From an uncultured Acidobacteriota bacterium (GTDB lineage Bacteria > Actinomycetota > Acidimicrobiia > Spongiisociales > ZC4RG35), in contig CAWHEU010000018.1 of NCBI GenBank assembly GCA_963828465.1, positions 224,001 through 288,000 of the forward strand: a stretch of 64,000 nt of DNA, given 5' to 3'. The notes under the pieces are model-generated. The model saw nothing but the letters and a program-made list of their open reading frames with translations. It did no database searches and was not told the DNA's origin. Numbering within the stretch: position 1 is the first letter of the stretch; each line of letters opens with the position of its first letter. The position numbers were made by a program, and so were the translations under genes. Shown piece after piece: positions 31,445 through 42,527 of the stretch.

Positions 31445-32190
31445 AGACCCCACCACGTGAGGAACAGACCGAGAGCGGTCCAGCCCAGCGTGATGGCCAC
31501 CGCGTGGGGCAGCGATAGATCTGTACCGGGGACGAACGCACCGAACCCTCCCCCGATGTCGATCTGGAACAAGGCGTTCGTGGCCGCGGACAGGGAGACG
31601 TTCTCCCATGGGCCCCAGAGGCCGAGGATCGGGTCGATGAAGTAGAGAGCCAGGGCGGCGCCGATCGCAGGCCCGACCGATCGCAGCAGCGCCACCGACC
31701 CGAGGCCAATGGCGGTCCACGCCAACTCGATCAGTCCGACTTTCCACACCAGGCTCAGCCACTCGTCGACCCCGGGACCGCCCTCTCCTGGCACTGCGAT
31801 CGCGGTCACGATCGACCACCCGGCGATGCCGGCGGCAATCGCCAGCAGCGAAGCCACCGCGAGAACCAAGAACCGGGCCGAGATCTGGCTGACCCGACGT
31901 GGATCCCTGGTCAGGGCGGTGGCCCACACCGTGCTCCCGAATTCGCTCCCCAGCATGACCACCGCCAGGATCAGGGGAAACCAGGTCTGCCCTGCCACCT
32001 GTTGGGCGCCGAAGACGTAGGCCAGGGGTTTCTCCAGGACCGGCACCCCCTCCGCCAGCTCGGGTGCGATCTGGGCGAAAATCAATAGGAAGAAGGCGAG
32101 CAACCCGACCAGGGCAGCCAGGATGATCACCATCATGTAGTAGAGCCGCCGGCGGCTCAGCTTCAGATACTCGGCATGAAGGAGACTCAT
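31426..32190 (-). CDS. ABC-2 type transporter permease
   Basis: About six hydrophobic segments, GSEFGS motif, ends in RRDA. Confidence 0.85.
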   Translation of the reverse strand: MSLLHAEYLKLSRRRLYYMMVIILAALVGLLAFFLLIFAQIAPELAEGVPVLEKPLAYVFGAQQVAGQTWFPLILAVVMLGSEFGSTVWATALTRDPRRVSQISARFLVLAVASLLAIAAGIAGWSIVTAIAVPGEGGPGVDEWLSLVWKVGLIELAWTAIGLGSVALLRSVGPAIGAALALYFIDPILGLWGPWENVSLSAATNALFQIDIGGGFGAFVPGTDLSLPHAVAITLGWTALGLFLTWWGLHRRDA

Positions 32191-33086
32191 TGGTCCACCT
32201 CACCGGTCATACCGAGGAACACAGACTCCAGGGTCGACCGAGCCGGCCTGATCTCCTTGGGATAGATGCCCGCCTCGGCCAGCACCCTGACCACCCGGCT
32301 CCCGTCGTTCTCGTCGACCATCAGCCCACCGCCGTCTTGCCTCACGGCGATGCCGGCGGCCGAAAGGGCTGCCATGGCGGCAGCCGCTCCGTCGGTGACA
32401 ACCCTTGTCGCGCCACCAGAAAGCATCTCCTCCAGAGGTCCTTCTGTGACCAGCTTCCCGCGGTTGAGGACCACCACGTAGTCGGCCAGGGCCTCGATAT
32501 CCGCCAGGTCATGGCTCGAGACGACGACGGTCTGGCCGCTGTCGGCGATCTCACGGAGTCGTGCCCGGAAAGCCATCTGCCCGGCAGGATCGAGACCGTC
32601 GAGGGGCTCATCGAGTAGCAGTAGCTGAGGATCTCCGATCAGCGCAGCGCCTAGAGCGAGACGCTGTCGCATCCCCTTCGAGTACTCGTCGATCTTGCGC
32701 CCGGCGTCTGCCTGCAGGCCGACGAATTCGAGCATCTCGTCGATGCGGTCATGGCCGAAGCCCAGTTGGTCGGCCGCCACCTGGAGGTTGACCCGCCCAG
32801 TGAGCGCCCGGATCAGACCCGGCTCCTCGATGATGGCCCCGATCTTCTTCGTCACCTCCATCAGGCCACGTGGGATCTCCTGACCGAGGACGACGATGCT
32901 CCCGGCGTCGGTCCTCGTGAGACCCAGGAGCGACCGGAAGAGGGTCGTCTTGCCCGCCCCGTTGGGCCCGAGCAGCCCCGTTATCGCTCCCGATGGAACC
33001 ACGCAACCGAAACCATCGAGCGCGGTGGTCGACTTGTAACGCTTGACCAGGCCCTCGATCTTTATCGCGGGATCGGCGAGGTTCAC
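32187..33086 (-). CDS. ABC transporter ATP-binding protein
   Basis: [16 protein letters not shown] and LLDEP motifs. Confidence 0.95.
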   Translation of the reverse strand: MNLADPAIKIEGLVKRYKSTTALDGFGCVVPSGAITGLLGPNGAGKTTLFRSLLGLTRTDAGSIVVLGQEIPRGLMEVTKKIGAIIEEPGLIRALTGRVNLQVAADQLGFGHDRIDEMLEFVGLQADAGRKIDEYSKGMRQRLALGAALIGDPQLLLLDEPLDGLDPAGQMAFRARLREIADSGQTVVVSSHDLADIEALADYVVVLNRGKLVTEGPLEEMLSGGATRVVTDGAAAAMAALSAAGIAVRQDGGGLMVDENDGSRVVRVLAEAGIYPKEIRPARSTLESVFLGMTGEVDQ

Positions 33087-33119
33087 GTGACGCGGTGATC
33101 GAGCGACATGGCCGGGCAG

Positions 33120-33432
33120 TCAACCACAGCCTGGAACCCAGTGAATCACCACGTCATCGGGCCTGATCCGCACACCGAGGAAGTCGACTCGAGAAGCACC
33201 TGCCGCCGCTGCCAGACGTGTGACGTGTCTTCGCTTGCCCGGGCCGATGGCATCGATGGGGTCTCGATCGGAGGTGATGGCCCTCACCTCGACAACAACT
33301 CGTTGTCCCCCATCCAGGGCGAGGAGGTCGAGCTCACCGCGACCGACCTTGACATTGCGGCCGACGACATCGAGCCCATGGCCGGTCAGGAATCTGGCAG
33401 GCGATTCGCTCGCCTATCGCCCCCACCACCAC
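33120..33432 (-). CDS. YraN family (UPF0102) nuclease-like protein (frameshift near 33398)
   Basis: Manual translation gives GAIGERIA, then FLTGHGLDVVGRNVKVGRGELDLLALDGGQRVVVEVR; follows DUF2469. Start is approximate. Confidence 0.8.
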
Positions 33433-33440
33433 CCGATCGG

Positions 33441-33737
33441 TCAGATCGAGATCTCTTGCTTCTCCAGCTCTTCGACGTTCACGTCGCGGAATGTCATGAC
33501 CTTGACCTGCTCCAGGAACCGGGCCGGTCGGTACATGTCCCATACCCATGCGTCTTTCATCTCGACCTCGAAGAAAACCGATCCGTTGGCCTCGCGCACT
33601 TGGAGGTCAACATGATTTGCGAGGTAGAAGCGGCGCTCGGTCTCCACGACATACCGGAACATCGGAAGGACGTCGTGATACTCCTTGTAGAGCTTGAGCT
33701 CAACCTCGGATTCGTACCGCTCCAGGTCTTCTTCCAT
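33441..33737 (-). CDS. DUF2469 family protein
   Basis: DLERYESEVEL.LYKEY, YVVETERRFYLAN and DAWVWDMYRPARF motifs. Confidence 0.92.
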   Translation of the reverse strand: MEEDLERYESEVELKLYKEYHDVLPMFRYVVETERRFYLANHVDLQVREANGSVFFEVEMKDAWVWDMYRPARFLEQVKVMTFRDVNVEELEKQEISI

Positions 33738-33816
33738 GCTCTCCTCTTCACACAGGCCGACAAAAGATCATATGCACGGCTCGTTACTTAACGGCGAATA
33801 ATCCGGTGTGACGTTT

Positions 33817-34452
33817 TCAGAGACCGCCGATGTGTGAAATAGGCCAGATGGTGACAAAGGCCTTCCCGATCAGGTCCTCGAGCGGTATGGGGCCGAATCG
33901 CCTGCTATCGAAGGACGCGTCGCGGTTGTCGCCCATCACGAATACCTCGTCGTCGGCGACGATGACGGCGGGCTCGTCGGGCATGAAGACCTCGGGCAGA
34001 TAGGGCTCGTCGAGCGGAGTCCCGTCCACCACGATCTGGTTGTTCGTCACCGCGATCGTCTCGCCGGGCAGACCGATCACCCGTTTGATCAGATCCTCGT
34101 GACCCCGCGTGCGAATGCCGACCGCCTCCAGGACGGACCGGATCACAGCTTCGGGTATCGACTCCTCGACTTCCTCTTCCCGAGGGTCACGGAAGACGAC
34201 GATGTCGCCACGCTGCGGCTCACCCCATTGATAAGCCAGCTTGTTCACCATGACCCGGTCGTTGACCTCGATGGTGGGAAGCATCGACTCCGACGGAATC
34301 CAGAACGGCTGTATCAGGAAGGTCTTGATGATGACCGCAATGGTCAGGGCGGTCAGGAGCAATCCGGGCAACTCGGCGAGGAACGAACGCCGGCGTTTCG
34401 GCGTCTCGGGAACCGTCTCCTCGTCGATGGGGCTCGTGTCGTGCGAGATCAG
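33817..34452 (-). CDS. lepB: Signal peptidase I (start uncertain)
   Basis: [19 protein letters not shown] and [12 protein letters not shown] motifs. Confidence 0.93.
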   Translation of the reverse strand: MISHDTSPIDEETVPETPKRRRSFLAELPGLLLTALTIAVIIKTFLIQPFWIPSESMLPTIEVNDRVMVNKLAYQWGEPQRGDIVVFRDPREEEVEESIPEAVIRSVLEAVGIRTRGHEDLIKRVIGLPGETIAVTNNQIVVDGTPLDEPYLPEVFMPDEPAVIVADDEVFVMGDNRDASFDSRRFGPIPLEDLIGKAFVTIWPISHIGGL

Positions 34453-34793
34453 TCGCGAAGCTCCTTGATGCGGGCCGACTTTCCGACCCGATCGCGCAGG
34501 TAGTAGAGCTTGGAACGACGGACATCGCCACGGCGGACGACCTCGATCTTGGAGATGATCGGGGCATGAACCGGGAAAACCCGCTCGACGCCGACCCCGA
34601 AACTCAACTTGCGGACGGTGAAGGAGGCCCGTGCCCCCGCCCGGTTCCGGGCGATGACAAGGCCCTCGAAGATCTGGACGCGCTCTCTGCCCCCTTCGAC
34701 CACGCGGACGTGCACTTTGACGGTGTCGCCGGCCCGGAAATCGGGGATATCGTCGCGGACGTGCGCGCTCTCAACTACGTGAAGATCGTTCAT
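34449..34793 (-). CDS. rplS: 50S ribosomal protein L19
   Basis: [20 protein letters not shown] and KLYYLR motifs. Confidence 0.98.
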   Translation of the reverse strand: MNDLHVVESAHVRDDIPDFRAGDTVKVHVRVVEGGRERVQIFEGLVIARNRAGARASFTVRKLSFGVGVERVFPVHAPIISKIEVVRRGDVRRSKLYYLRDRVGKSARIKELRD

Positions 34794-34850
34794 GGAGGAC
34801 TCCTAGAGGCGCCGGGAGTAGCTCAGTAGTCCCGGCCGGGGCGAATTGTA

Positions 34851-35534
34851 TCAGTTCTCTGAACTCTCGCCATCCGGCAGCAGGTCAGGTCGGCGCTCCC
34901 TCGTGCGCCGCACCCGTTGCTCCCTTCTCCACTCCTCGATGACAGCGTGATTGCCGGAGAGGAGCACCTCGGGCACCTCCCATCCCTTGAAGTCGGCGGG
35001 CCTGGTGTACACCGGCTCCTCGAGCAAACCATCCCGGAAAGACTCGCTTTCAGTCGAATCGGGATTGCCCACGACGCCGGGGAGCAACCGGGCAATTCCC
35101 TCGATGGCGAGCGCCGCGGCCACCTCGCCACCGGCAACGACGAAGTCGCCTAAGGAGGTCTCCTCGTCGATGTAGTTGTCGACCACCCGCTGGTCGACTC
35201 CTTCGAAGCGACCGCACACAAACGTGATCTCGGGCATCTCCGCCCAGTGGTCAAAGGTGGACTGTGTGAGCGGCTCTCCAGCCGGAGTGAACAGGACGCG
35301 GTGGGTGCCGGCCAGTGGCTCCAAGGCGGCCGCCAACGGCTCAACCATCATCACCATCCCCGGCCCGCCACCGAAAGGGGCGTCGTCCAGTTGGCGATGC
35401 CGGCCCATGCCGTGCTCGCGCAGGTCGAGCAGGACCACTTCGAGCATCCCGGCCTCGATGCCTCGGGCCACGATCGAGACGCCGAGCGGGCCTACGAAGA
35501 AGCCGGGGAACATGGTCACGACGTTGATCCGCAC
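34851..35534 (-). CDS. trmD: tRNA (guanine37-N1)-methyltransferase
   Basis: DDAPFGGGPGMV, CGRFEGVDQR and SLGDFVVAGGE motifs. Confidence 0.96.
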   Translation of the reverse strand: MRINVVTMFPGFFVGPLGVSIVARGIEAGMLEVVLLDLREHGMGRHRQLDDAPFGGGPGMVMMVEPLAAALEPLAGTHRVLFTPAGEPLTQSTFDHWAEMPEITFVCGRFEGVDQRVVDNYIDEETSLGDFVVAGGEVAAALAIEGIARLLPGVVGNPDSTESESFRDGLLEEPVYTRPADFKGWEVPEVLLSGNHAVIEEWRREQRVRRTRERRPDLLPDGESSEN

Positions 35535-35639
35535 CGCGGGAAGGCTAGAGCGGGGCAGCATGGCCGATATCCTCGGTTCCCGGCGATTCCCCCGGCTCAT
35601 CCGGAGAGTTGACATGTCCATCGACCAAGCACCGACAAC

Positions 35640-37133
35640 ATGACGCTCGATCATCTGCCGGTCGAGAGTGTCCTGCTCGTCGCGGCCGGGCTCATGGTCA
35701 TCGGAGTCCTAATAGTCGGAGCTTCCGACCGGCTCAGAGTGCCCGCCGCCCTTCTCTCGCTCGGGATCGGCATCCTCTTCGGAAGCGACGTCCTCGGGTT
35801 GGTCGAAGTCAGCGACATGGCGATGGTCAGAGACATCAGCGTCATCGCCCTCATGATCATCCTGTTCGAGGGCGGCCTCACCACCAAGCCGTCCGTCTTG
35901 CGAGAGTCGGGCGTCCCGGGTTTCGTCCTCGCCAACGTCGGCGTCCTTGTCACAGCCGGGGTGGTCGCTACGGGCTGGCAGCTTCTCTTCGACACCGGAT
36001 GGGAGACGGCCCTCATCATCGGGGCGGTCGTGGCCTCAACCGACGCGGCGGTCGTGTTCGACGTCGTGCGAAGGACGCCCATCCCGAAGCGGCTGGCCGG
36101 CATCCTCGAGATCGAGTCGGGTGTCAACGACCCCTTCGCGATCCTCCTCACCATCGGGCTCATCGAGGTCACCAGGTCGAGTCCCGGTATCGAGGACTGG
36201 CTGGTGTTCGGAGCCAGACAGCTGTTCGGGGGTATCGCCGTGGGCCTGCTTGGGGGCTGGATCGGCAGCCGGCTGCTACGGCTCCGCCTGAGGTCCTCGG
36301 GCCTCTATCCGCTGTTGGCCCTGGCCATGGCCGGGCTCACCTTCGCCGTGGCCTCCTACGTCGGAAGCTCGGGGTTCCTGGCGGTCTACATCTGCGGGCT
36401 CATGATCGGCGCCCTCGCCCCCCGCCACCGCCGGGTGGTGCGAAGCTTTCACGCCAGTCTGGCCAATGGGGCTGACATCGCCCTCTTCCTCCTGCTGGGT
36501 CTGCTCGTCTTCCCGGCCGAGCTACCGGGGGTCGCGATCCCGGCGTTGGCGGTGACTGCAATCCTGTTGCTGGTCGGGAGACCGCTATCCGTGGTCCTCG
36601 CCATGCTCCCCTTCCGGTTGTCATGGAAGGAGATGACGTTCCTCTCCTGGGCCGGTCTGCGTGGCGCACTGCCGATCGTCCTCGCCACGTTCCCGGCCAC
36701 CGCCGGGGTCGCCGCCGGTGGAACCATCTTCAACCTGGTGTTCTTCGTGGTGGTTGTGTCGGCTCTCCTCCAGGGGACGACGATTGGGCCGCTGGCCAAG
36801 CGCCTCGGTCTCGTCGTCGATCGGCCCGCTTGGCAATCCATCGCAGAGGCGGTGGAGCTGGAGGACGTGGACGTCGATCTCATCGAGATCGAGGTGACCG
36901 ACGACCTCGCCCTCGTCGGCACGAGGCTGAGCGAGAACCCGCCGCCCGAGGGGATGCTGATCACGACGATGATCCGCGATCACAAGGCGGCCATCCCCAC
37001 CCCGGACACCGTGTTCGCTTCGGGGGACGTCCTCATGGTGGCGGTGAACAGTGGGCACGACCGGGTGAGAGAGGTGACGGCGTGGGCCAGGGGAGAAACC
37101 CGAGCGCCTGACGGCACCGGATCGGCTAGTTGA
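35640..37133 (+). CDS. K+/H+ antiporter, NhaP2/CvrA-like, with TrkA-C domain
   Basis: ILFEGGL, STDAA, ESGVNDP and WAGLRGA motifs; C-terminal RCK_C domain. Confidence 0.9.
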   Translation: MTLDHLPVESVLLVAAGLMVIGVLIVGASDRLRVPAALLSLGIGILFGSDVLGLVEVSDMAMVRDISVIALMIILFEGGLTTKPSVLRESGVPGFVLANVGVLVTAGVVATGWQLLFDTGWETALIIGAVVASTDAAVVFDVVRRTPIPKRLAGILEIESGVNDPFAILLTIGLIEVTRSSPGIEDWLVFGARQLFGGIAVGLLGGWIGSRLLRLRLRSSGLYPLLALAMAGLTFAVASYVGSSGFLAVYICGLMIGALAPRHRRVVRSFHASLANGADIALFLLLGLLVFPAELPGVAIPALAVTAILLLVGRPLSVVLAMLPFRLSWKEMTFLSWAGLRGALPIVLATFPATAGVAAGGTIFNLVFFVVVVSALLQGTTIGPLAKRLGLVVDRPAWQSIAEAVELEDVDVDLIEIEVTDDLALVGTRLSENPPPEGMLITTMIRDHKAAIPTPDTVFASGDVLMVAVNSGHDRVREVTAWARGETRAPDGTGSAS

Positions 37134-38289
37134 GGCGCTCCACGATCATCGCCATCCCCTGACCGCCGCCCACACACATCGTCTCGAGGCCGATGGTCTT
37201 GTCGAGGGTCTGGAGGTCGTTGATCAAGGTCCCCATGATGCGGGCGCCGGTCATCCCGAACGGGTGGCCAAGTGCGATCGCACCACCGTGAGGGTTCAGC
37301 CGATCGATGTCGATGCCCAGCTGGTCGACGCTGGCCAGGACCTGGGCAGCGAACGCCTCGTTCATCTCTATGACGTCGATGTCCTCGAGTTCCATGGTGG
37401 CCTGTGCAAGGACGGCTCTCACCGCAGCGACCGGGCCCATCCCCATGTATTCCGGCTCGAGGCCAACGACAGACGAGGCGATGATCCGGGCCATCGGCTG
37501 CAGCCCCAACTCCGACGCCCTGTTCCCGGACAGGACCAGGACCGCCGCCGACCCGTCGTTGAGCGGGCAGGAGTTGCCTGCGGTCACCGTGCCGTCGGGC
37601 TTGAACACGGGTGGAAGCTCGCCGAGCTTCTCGATGGTGGTATTCGGGCGCGGCCCGTCGTCGGCGGCGATGGTCCGACCGTCAGGCACTTCGATCGGAG
37701 TGATCTCCCGGTCGAAGAAACCGTTCTTTTGTGCCTCGACCGCCCGATCCTGTGATCGCTTGGCGAACTCGTCCATGCGCTCCCGAGTGATCCCGTACCG
37801 CTCGGCGACGTTCTCGGCGGTGTTTCCCATGGGGATGTAGACCTGGTCGATGAAGTCGTCGCGGCTCTCGTCGGTGAAACGCGGGTTGAGGTCGTCGCTG
37901 TCGAACCCCTTTCCATAAGTTCGGGTCACCGAGTCGACGCCTCCGGCTACATAGGTGTCTCCTTCGCCCCGCTCGATGGCATGAAAGGCCATGCGGATCG
38001 TCTGCAACGACGAGGCGCAGAAACGATTGACAGTGGTGGCGGGGACACTCTCCGGCATCCCACCGAGGAGAGAGGCGGGGCGGGCCACGTTGAATCCCTG
38101 CTCGTGATGGGTGAGGGCGCACCCGACCATCACATCGGCTACCGAGGCTCGGTCCACCTCCGGAACCTTTGACATCAGGGCATCGATGGCGAAGCCCGCC
38201 AGGTCGTCGGCGCGGACGTCGATGAGTGATCCCTTGTATGCACGGCCGATCGGAGAGCGGGCGGTGGCGACGATCACTGCTTCGGACAT
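37126..38289 (-). CDS. Acetyl-CoA C-acyltransferase (thiolase)
   Basis: TVNRFCASS, NEAFAAQ, GHPFGMTG and CVGGGQG motifs. Confidence 0.95.
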   Translation of the reverse strand: MSEAVIVATARSPIGRAYKGSLIDVRADDLAGFAIDALMSKVPEVDRASVADVMVGCALTHHEQGFNVARPASLLGGMPESVPATTVNRFCASSLQTIRMAFHAIERGEGDTYVAGGVDSVTRTYGKGFDSDDLNPRFTDESRDDFIDQVYIPMGNTAENVAERYGITRERMDEFAKRSQDRAVEAQKNGFFDREITPIEVPDGRTIAADDGPRPNTTIEKLGELPPVFKPDGTVTAGNSCPLNDGSAAVLVLSGNRASELGLQPMARIIASSVVGLEPEYMGMGPVAAVRAVLAQATMELEDIDVIEMNEAFAAQVLASVDQLGIDIDRLNPHGGAIALGHPFGMTGARIMGTLINDLQTLDKTIGLETMCVGGGQGMAMIVERLN

Positions 38290-38347
38290 GGTTTCCTCCA
38301 GTCGAGGATTTTGATCACGCACTCAATTTAGTGGTCGATGGATCGTG

Positions 38348-38866
38348 TCAGCCCGGCTCGATCAACCCCGGGATCATGGTGATCTCGACACGTCGGCCGT
38401 CAATGTCGACCAGTGGGACCAACTCGTCCACGAATGGGATCTCGAACCTGGCCCCAGCCTCGGTGGCGATCACCAGCCGATCCTGCCCAGGCCCGAAGAC
38501 GACCCGCTCGATGACCCCGACCAGCTCGCCCGACTCGTCGAAGACGCTGAGACCCGTCAGGTCCTCAGGCCAGAACTCACCATCCCCGAGCGGCCGGCGC
38601 TCATCGACCGAGACAACGGAACCTCGGATCTCTTCCGCAGCCTCCCGGCTGCCGATCCCCTCGAAGGCAACCTGGAAACCGCGGTCGACGCGACGAACCG
38701 CCCGCACCATGTACGGACGGTCCTCCAAGTAGACGGTCGAACCGGGTTGGAGGCTGACGGTGTCCTCCTCGTCGACGTAGATCCCTAGATACCCATCGAG
38801 CCCGTGAGGCCGCCCCAGCCTCCCGATGACGAAGCGCTCGGGATCAGTCGAGGAACTCGACGCCAG
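38348..38866 (-). CDS. rimM: 16S rRNA processing protein RimM (start approximate)
   Basis: IGRLGRPHGLDG and EIPFVDELVP motifs; synteny. Confidence 0.92.
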   Translation of the reverse strand: MASSSSTDPERFVIGRLGRPHGLDGYLGIYVDEEDTVSLQPGSTVYLEDRPYMVRAVRRVDRGFQVAFEGIGSREAAEEIRGSVVSVDERRPLGDGEFWPEDLTGLSVFDESGELVGVIERVVFGPGQDRLVIATEAGARFEIPFVDELVPLVDIDGRRVEITMIPGLIEPG

Positions 38867-39101
38867 CGTTGATGCCCTCTTCGTCCCCTGCGGCACCGGC
38901 GGCGGCACGGATCGCCTTGGCCACCCGGCCCCTTCGTCCGATGACACGGCCCATGTCGCCCTTGGCGGTGCGAACCTCGGCCACCACCTCGTCAGGCCCT
39001 TGCTCGACCATGGTCACGGAGACCTCGTCGGGCTCCTCCACGATGCTCTTGACCACATAGGTCACCACTCGCTCGACGATCTCGCCTTTGGCCAAGATCA
39101 C
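38844..39101 (-). CDS. khpA: KH-domain RNA-binding protein KhpA
   Basis: [17 protein letters not shown]; sits between rpsP and rimM. Confidence 0.92.
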   Translation of the reverse strand: MILAKGEIVERVVTYVVKSIVEEPDEVSVTMVEQGPDEVVAEVRTAKGDMGRVIGRRGRVAKAIRAAAGAAGDEEGINAGVEFLD

Positions 39102-39565
39102 TCCTCCTCGTTGGACGTGTCGGCTGCTATCTCCTCGGCAACCGGCTCGTCGGCAGCCGGTGTCTCGGTGACAGCTTCGTCGGCAGGCGCCGGCGTCTCG
39201 GCGACCGGCTCATCCACCGCGACAGGAGCCGGAGCGGGCTCGGCAACTCCACTGGCGGCCTCCTCGGCCGCGGTGGGCGTGGAGCCGACGGTGTGGATCT
39301 GTCCGGTGCGGACCTTCATCGTGTTCATCGCACCGGAGATGTTGAGGAGCTTCTCGACTGCCTCGGTGGGCTGGGCGCCCTTCGAGAGCCACGAGGCGGC
39401 CTTCTCGTTGTCGATCTCGACGAGCGACGGGTCTTGCTGCGGGTCATAGCGCCCGATCTGCTCGATGTAGCGGCCATCCCGCGGCGCACGGCCGTCGACC
39501 ACCACCACGCGATACGAAGGGGTCTTCTTCTTCCCCATCCGCATCAATCTCATCTTCACGGCCAT
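39098..39565 (-). CDS. rpsP: 30S ribosomal protein S16
   Basis: [20 protein letters not shown] and GAQPTE motifs. Confidence 0.98.
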   Translation of the reverse strand: MAVKMRLMRMGKKKTPSYRVVVVDGRAPRDGRYIEQIGRYDPQQDPSLVEIDNEKAASWLSKGAQPTEAVEKLLNISGAMNTMKVRTGQIHTVGSTPTAAEEAASGVAEPAPAPVAVDEPVAETPAPADEAVTETPAADEPVAEEIAADTSNEEE

Positions 39566-39569
39566 CGAT

Positions 39570-40904
39570 TCACCTCTTCGTTCGCTGCGCCGGGAAGAGA
39601 CCCTGCAACGAGGGAGCCCCTTTGCCGCCGGCCAGCATCTTCATCATCTTCTGCGCGTCGACGAACTGCTTGAGCACCCGATTCACGTCCTGGGGCCTGG
39701 TGCCCGAACCGGACGCGATGCGGCGCTTTCGGCTGCCACCGATGAGCTTTGGGTTCCGGCGCTCTTCTGGAGTCATCGACTGAATGATCGCCTCGACGCG
39801 ACGCAGGTCACGGTCGTCGACATCCACCTCGCGCACGAGCGAACCGGAGCCCGGGATCATAGCAAGGATGTCCTTCAGAGGCCCCATTCGCTTCATCGCT
39901 TGAAACTGGGCGAGAAAGTCTTCGAGGGTGAATTCGCCCTTCTGCAGCTTCTTCGCTGTTTTCTCTGCTTCGGCCTCGTCGAAGGTCGCCTCGGCCTTCT
40001 CGATGAGGCCCATCACGTCGCCCATGCCCAGGATCCGGGAGGCCATGCGGTCGGGATAGAACGGCTCGAGGTCGTCGAGGCCCTCGCCCACGCCGGCAAA
40101 CTTCACCGGCGCCCCGGTCACTTCGCGCACCGAGATCGCGGCCCCACCACGGGCGTCTCCGTCGAGCTTGGAGAGGACGACACCGGTGAGCCCGACACGC
40201 TCCTGGAACCCCGAAGCGACGTTGACTGCATCCTGGCCGGTCATGGCATCCACGACGAGGAGCACCTCGTCGGGGTCGGCCGCCTTGCGGACATCGTCCA
40301 ATTCGCTCATGAGTTGTTGGTCGATCTGCAGACGGCCTGCAGTGTCGACGATCACGACGTCCCTACCAGACCGCGTCGCTTCCTTCATGGCGGCCTTGAC
40401 CAGACGGGCGGGCTTGCCCTTGCGGTCGACGAAAACGGGGACGTCGATGCGGCCGCCGAGGGTCTCGAGTTGATCGATCGCCGCCGGTCGCTGCAGGTCG
40501 GCCGCCACCAGCAAGGGCTTCTTGCCCTGGCTCTGGAGGAGACGGGCCAGCTTGCCTGCGGTGGTGGTCTTTCCCGAGCCCTGGAGCCCGACCATCAGGA
40601 TGGTCAGCGGCGGGGCCGTCTTCTTCAGCGGCACCGCTTCCGACCCGAGGGTGGTGACAAGTTCCTCGTGGACGATCTTGATCACCTGTTGGCCGGGTGA
40701 CAGCGATTTGGAGACATCTTCCCCCATGGCCCGTTCCTTGACCCGAGCCAGGAAGTCCTTCACCACCTTGACGTTCACGTCCGCTTCGAGCAGGGCGAGA
40801 CGGACCTCGCGCAAAGCGGCGTCGATGTCCTTCTCGGAGAGGCGCCCTTTGCCTCGCAGCGAGGCGAAGACGTCCTCGAACCGTTGGGTCAGGCTGTCGA
40901 ACAT
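39570..40904 (-). CDS. ffh: Signal recognition particle protein
   Basis: [15 protein letters not shown] and DGDARGG motifs; M domain. Confidence 0.98.
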   Translation of the reverse strand: MFDSLTQRFEDVFASLRGKGRLSEKDIDAALREVRLALLEADVNVKVVKDFLARVKERAMGEDVSKSLSPGQQVIKIVHEELVTTLGSEAVPLKKTAPPLTILMVGLQGSGKTTTAGKLARLLQSQGKKPLLVAADLQRPAAIDQLETLGGRIDVPVFVDRKGKPARLVKAAMKEATRSGRDVVIVDTAGRLQIDQQLMSELDDVRKAADPDEVLLVVDAMTGQDAVNVASGFQERVGLTGVVLSKLDGDARGGAAISVREVTGAPVKFAGVGEGLDDLEPFYPDRMASRILGMGDVMGLIEKAEATFDEAEAEKTAKKLQKGEFTLEDFLAQFQAMKRMGPLKDILAMIPGSGSLVREVDVDDRDLRRVEAIIQSMTPEERRNPKLIGGSRKRRIASGSGTRPQDVNRVLKQFVDAQKMMKMLAGGKGAPSLQGLFPAQRTKR

Positions 40905-40934
40905 GTCCCGGGAACGGTAGGTGGCGAGTGACCG

Positions 40935-42527
40935 CTAGGTCATGTCGCGTCGGCGGAAACCGACCAGACCAGCGGCGACCAGAGCGCCGGCTACGACGAG
41001 GAGGACCGCCAGGGGCAGCACCTCGATGTCATCGCCGAACACCGGGATATGTGTGAACGGGGACAGGTTCAGACTCCACTGCGGGAAACGAAGGATCTGG
41101 CCCAGCTGACCCAGGATCAGGCACGCCACCAGCACCCCCCAGCTCAGGCCCACCCTTTTGGGAGCGAGGCCGTACAAGGCCATGGCGGTGCCGGTCAGGA
41201 TCCAGACCGCCGGGAGTTGAAGCATCGCCGCGCCGAGCACCCGCATGGCCTGGTCGGCGACATCGCCGACGATCGCCCCGTAGGTCGCACCGGCTACCAA
41301 CCCGGCGACCGCAAGGATCAGCACCGGCACTGCCAATCCGAAAATCAAATGGCTCCAGGCAAATCGAGAACGCGGTGTCGCCGTTGCGAGCACCCATTCG
41401 GCGCGCATGGCTTCCTCTTCCACATCGAGACGAAGAACGGCTCGAATGGCGTAGGCGGACGTGATGAGGGCGATGATCCCTACGACCGTGGAGAAGAAGA
41501 TGTCGGTCAGCCCCTGTGCACCACCCATTTGCTCGAAGATCTCCTGCAATTGAGGATTGCCCTCGAGCATCCCTTGAATGCTGTCTCCTGCGGTCCCATA
41601 GACCGCCCCGAGCACGGCCAGCCCGATAGTCCAGCCCATCACCGAGCCGCGGTGCAGACGCCACGCCAACCCGAGCGGGCTGCTCAATCCCGGTGCCGCA
41701 TCGGCAGGCCCGGGCCGGGGTGGGAGGGCACCGGCCCCGACGTCCCGTCTGGAGGCGACCAGTGCGGCTGTCGTGATGAAGAGAGCGGAAAGGCCTAACC
41801 AGAGCAGAAACACCCACCACGCTTCGCCGGCGAAGGGCCGCATACGGCTGAACCATCCGATCGGAGAGAGCCACGCCACCCATTCCGTCGCCTCTCCACC
41901 CGAGTCGCCTGCCATTCGGAGGAGAAAGGTGACGCCGGCGATGCCGACGCCGATCCCGCGCGCCGTCGAGGACGCCTCGGTCAGCTGTGCGGCGACGGCG
42001 CCGACCCCGGCAAAGACCGCGGCGACACCGGCGTAGCCCAGCCCGAAGGCGAATGATCCGGCCAGTGGAAGCCCCACTCCGGCCAATCCTGCAGTGAGCA
42101 GCCCCGCCACCAGAAGACCCGCACCGATGGTCACAGCCAACGCAGCCACCAACGGAGCGTGACGTCCGACCACGGTGGCCCCCAGCAACTCACGCCTGCC
42201 GGTCTCCTCCTCCTCCCGGGTGTGCCGGATCATGGTCAGGATCGCCATCAGTGCCACGAAGAACGCACCCAGGGTGCCGGCACGCCAGGCGGTGAGGCCC
42301 CCGATGCTCGAGTCGTACAGCGGTCCGAGAAGTGCCGTCAGTGCCGGGCTGGACGCAACTGTCGCCGCCAGCGACTCGCGTGAGGCCAGGTCGGGGTACA
42401 GGTCGATGAATGCAGTTGCCGTAAAGACGGGGACGATTACGAGGACTACCACCCAGATGCCGAGGCGGAGTCGCTCCCGGCGGAGGATGAGCCGGATGAG
42501 CTTCCCCGTCCCTGCCAGGGTGGTCAC
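40935..42527 (-). CDS. ABC exporter permease (12-TM, actinobacterial antibiotic-exporter type)
   Basis: Duplicated six-TM halves, [13 protein letters not shown] motif, ends in RRRDMT. Confidence 0.85.
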   Translation of the reverse strand: MTTLAGTGKLIRLILRRERLRLGIWVVVLVIVPVFTATAFIDLYPDLASRESLAATVASSPALTALLGPLYDSSIGGLTAWRAGTLGAFFVALMAILTMIRHTREEEETGRRELLGATVVGRHAPLVAALAVTIGAGLLVAGLLTAGLAGVGLPLAGSFAFGLGYAGVAAVFAGVGAVAAQLTEASSTARGIGVGIAGVTFLLRMAGDSGGEATEWVAWLSPIGWFSRMRPFAGEAWWVFLLWLGLSALFITTAALVASRRDVGAGALPPRPGPADAAPGLSSPLGLAWRLHRGSVMGWTIGLAVLGAVYGTAGDSIQGMLEGNPQLQEIFEQMGGAQGLTDIFFSTVVGIIALITSAYAIRAVLRLDVEEEAMRAEWVLATATPRSRFAWSHLIFGLAVPVLILAVAGLVAGATYGAIVGDVADQAMRVLGAAMLQLPAVWILTGTAMALYGLAPKRVGLSWGVLVACLILGQLGQILRFPQWSLNLSPFTHIPVFGDDIEVLPLAVLLVVAGALVAAGLVGFRRRDMT

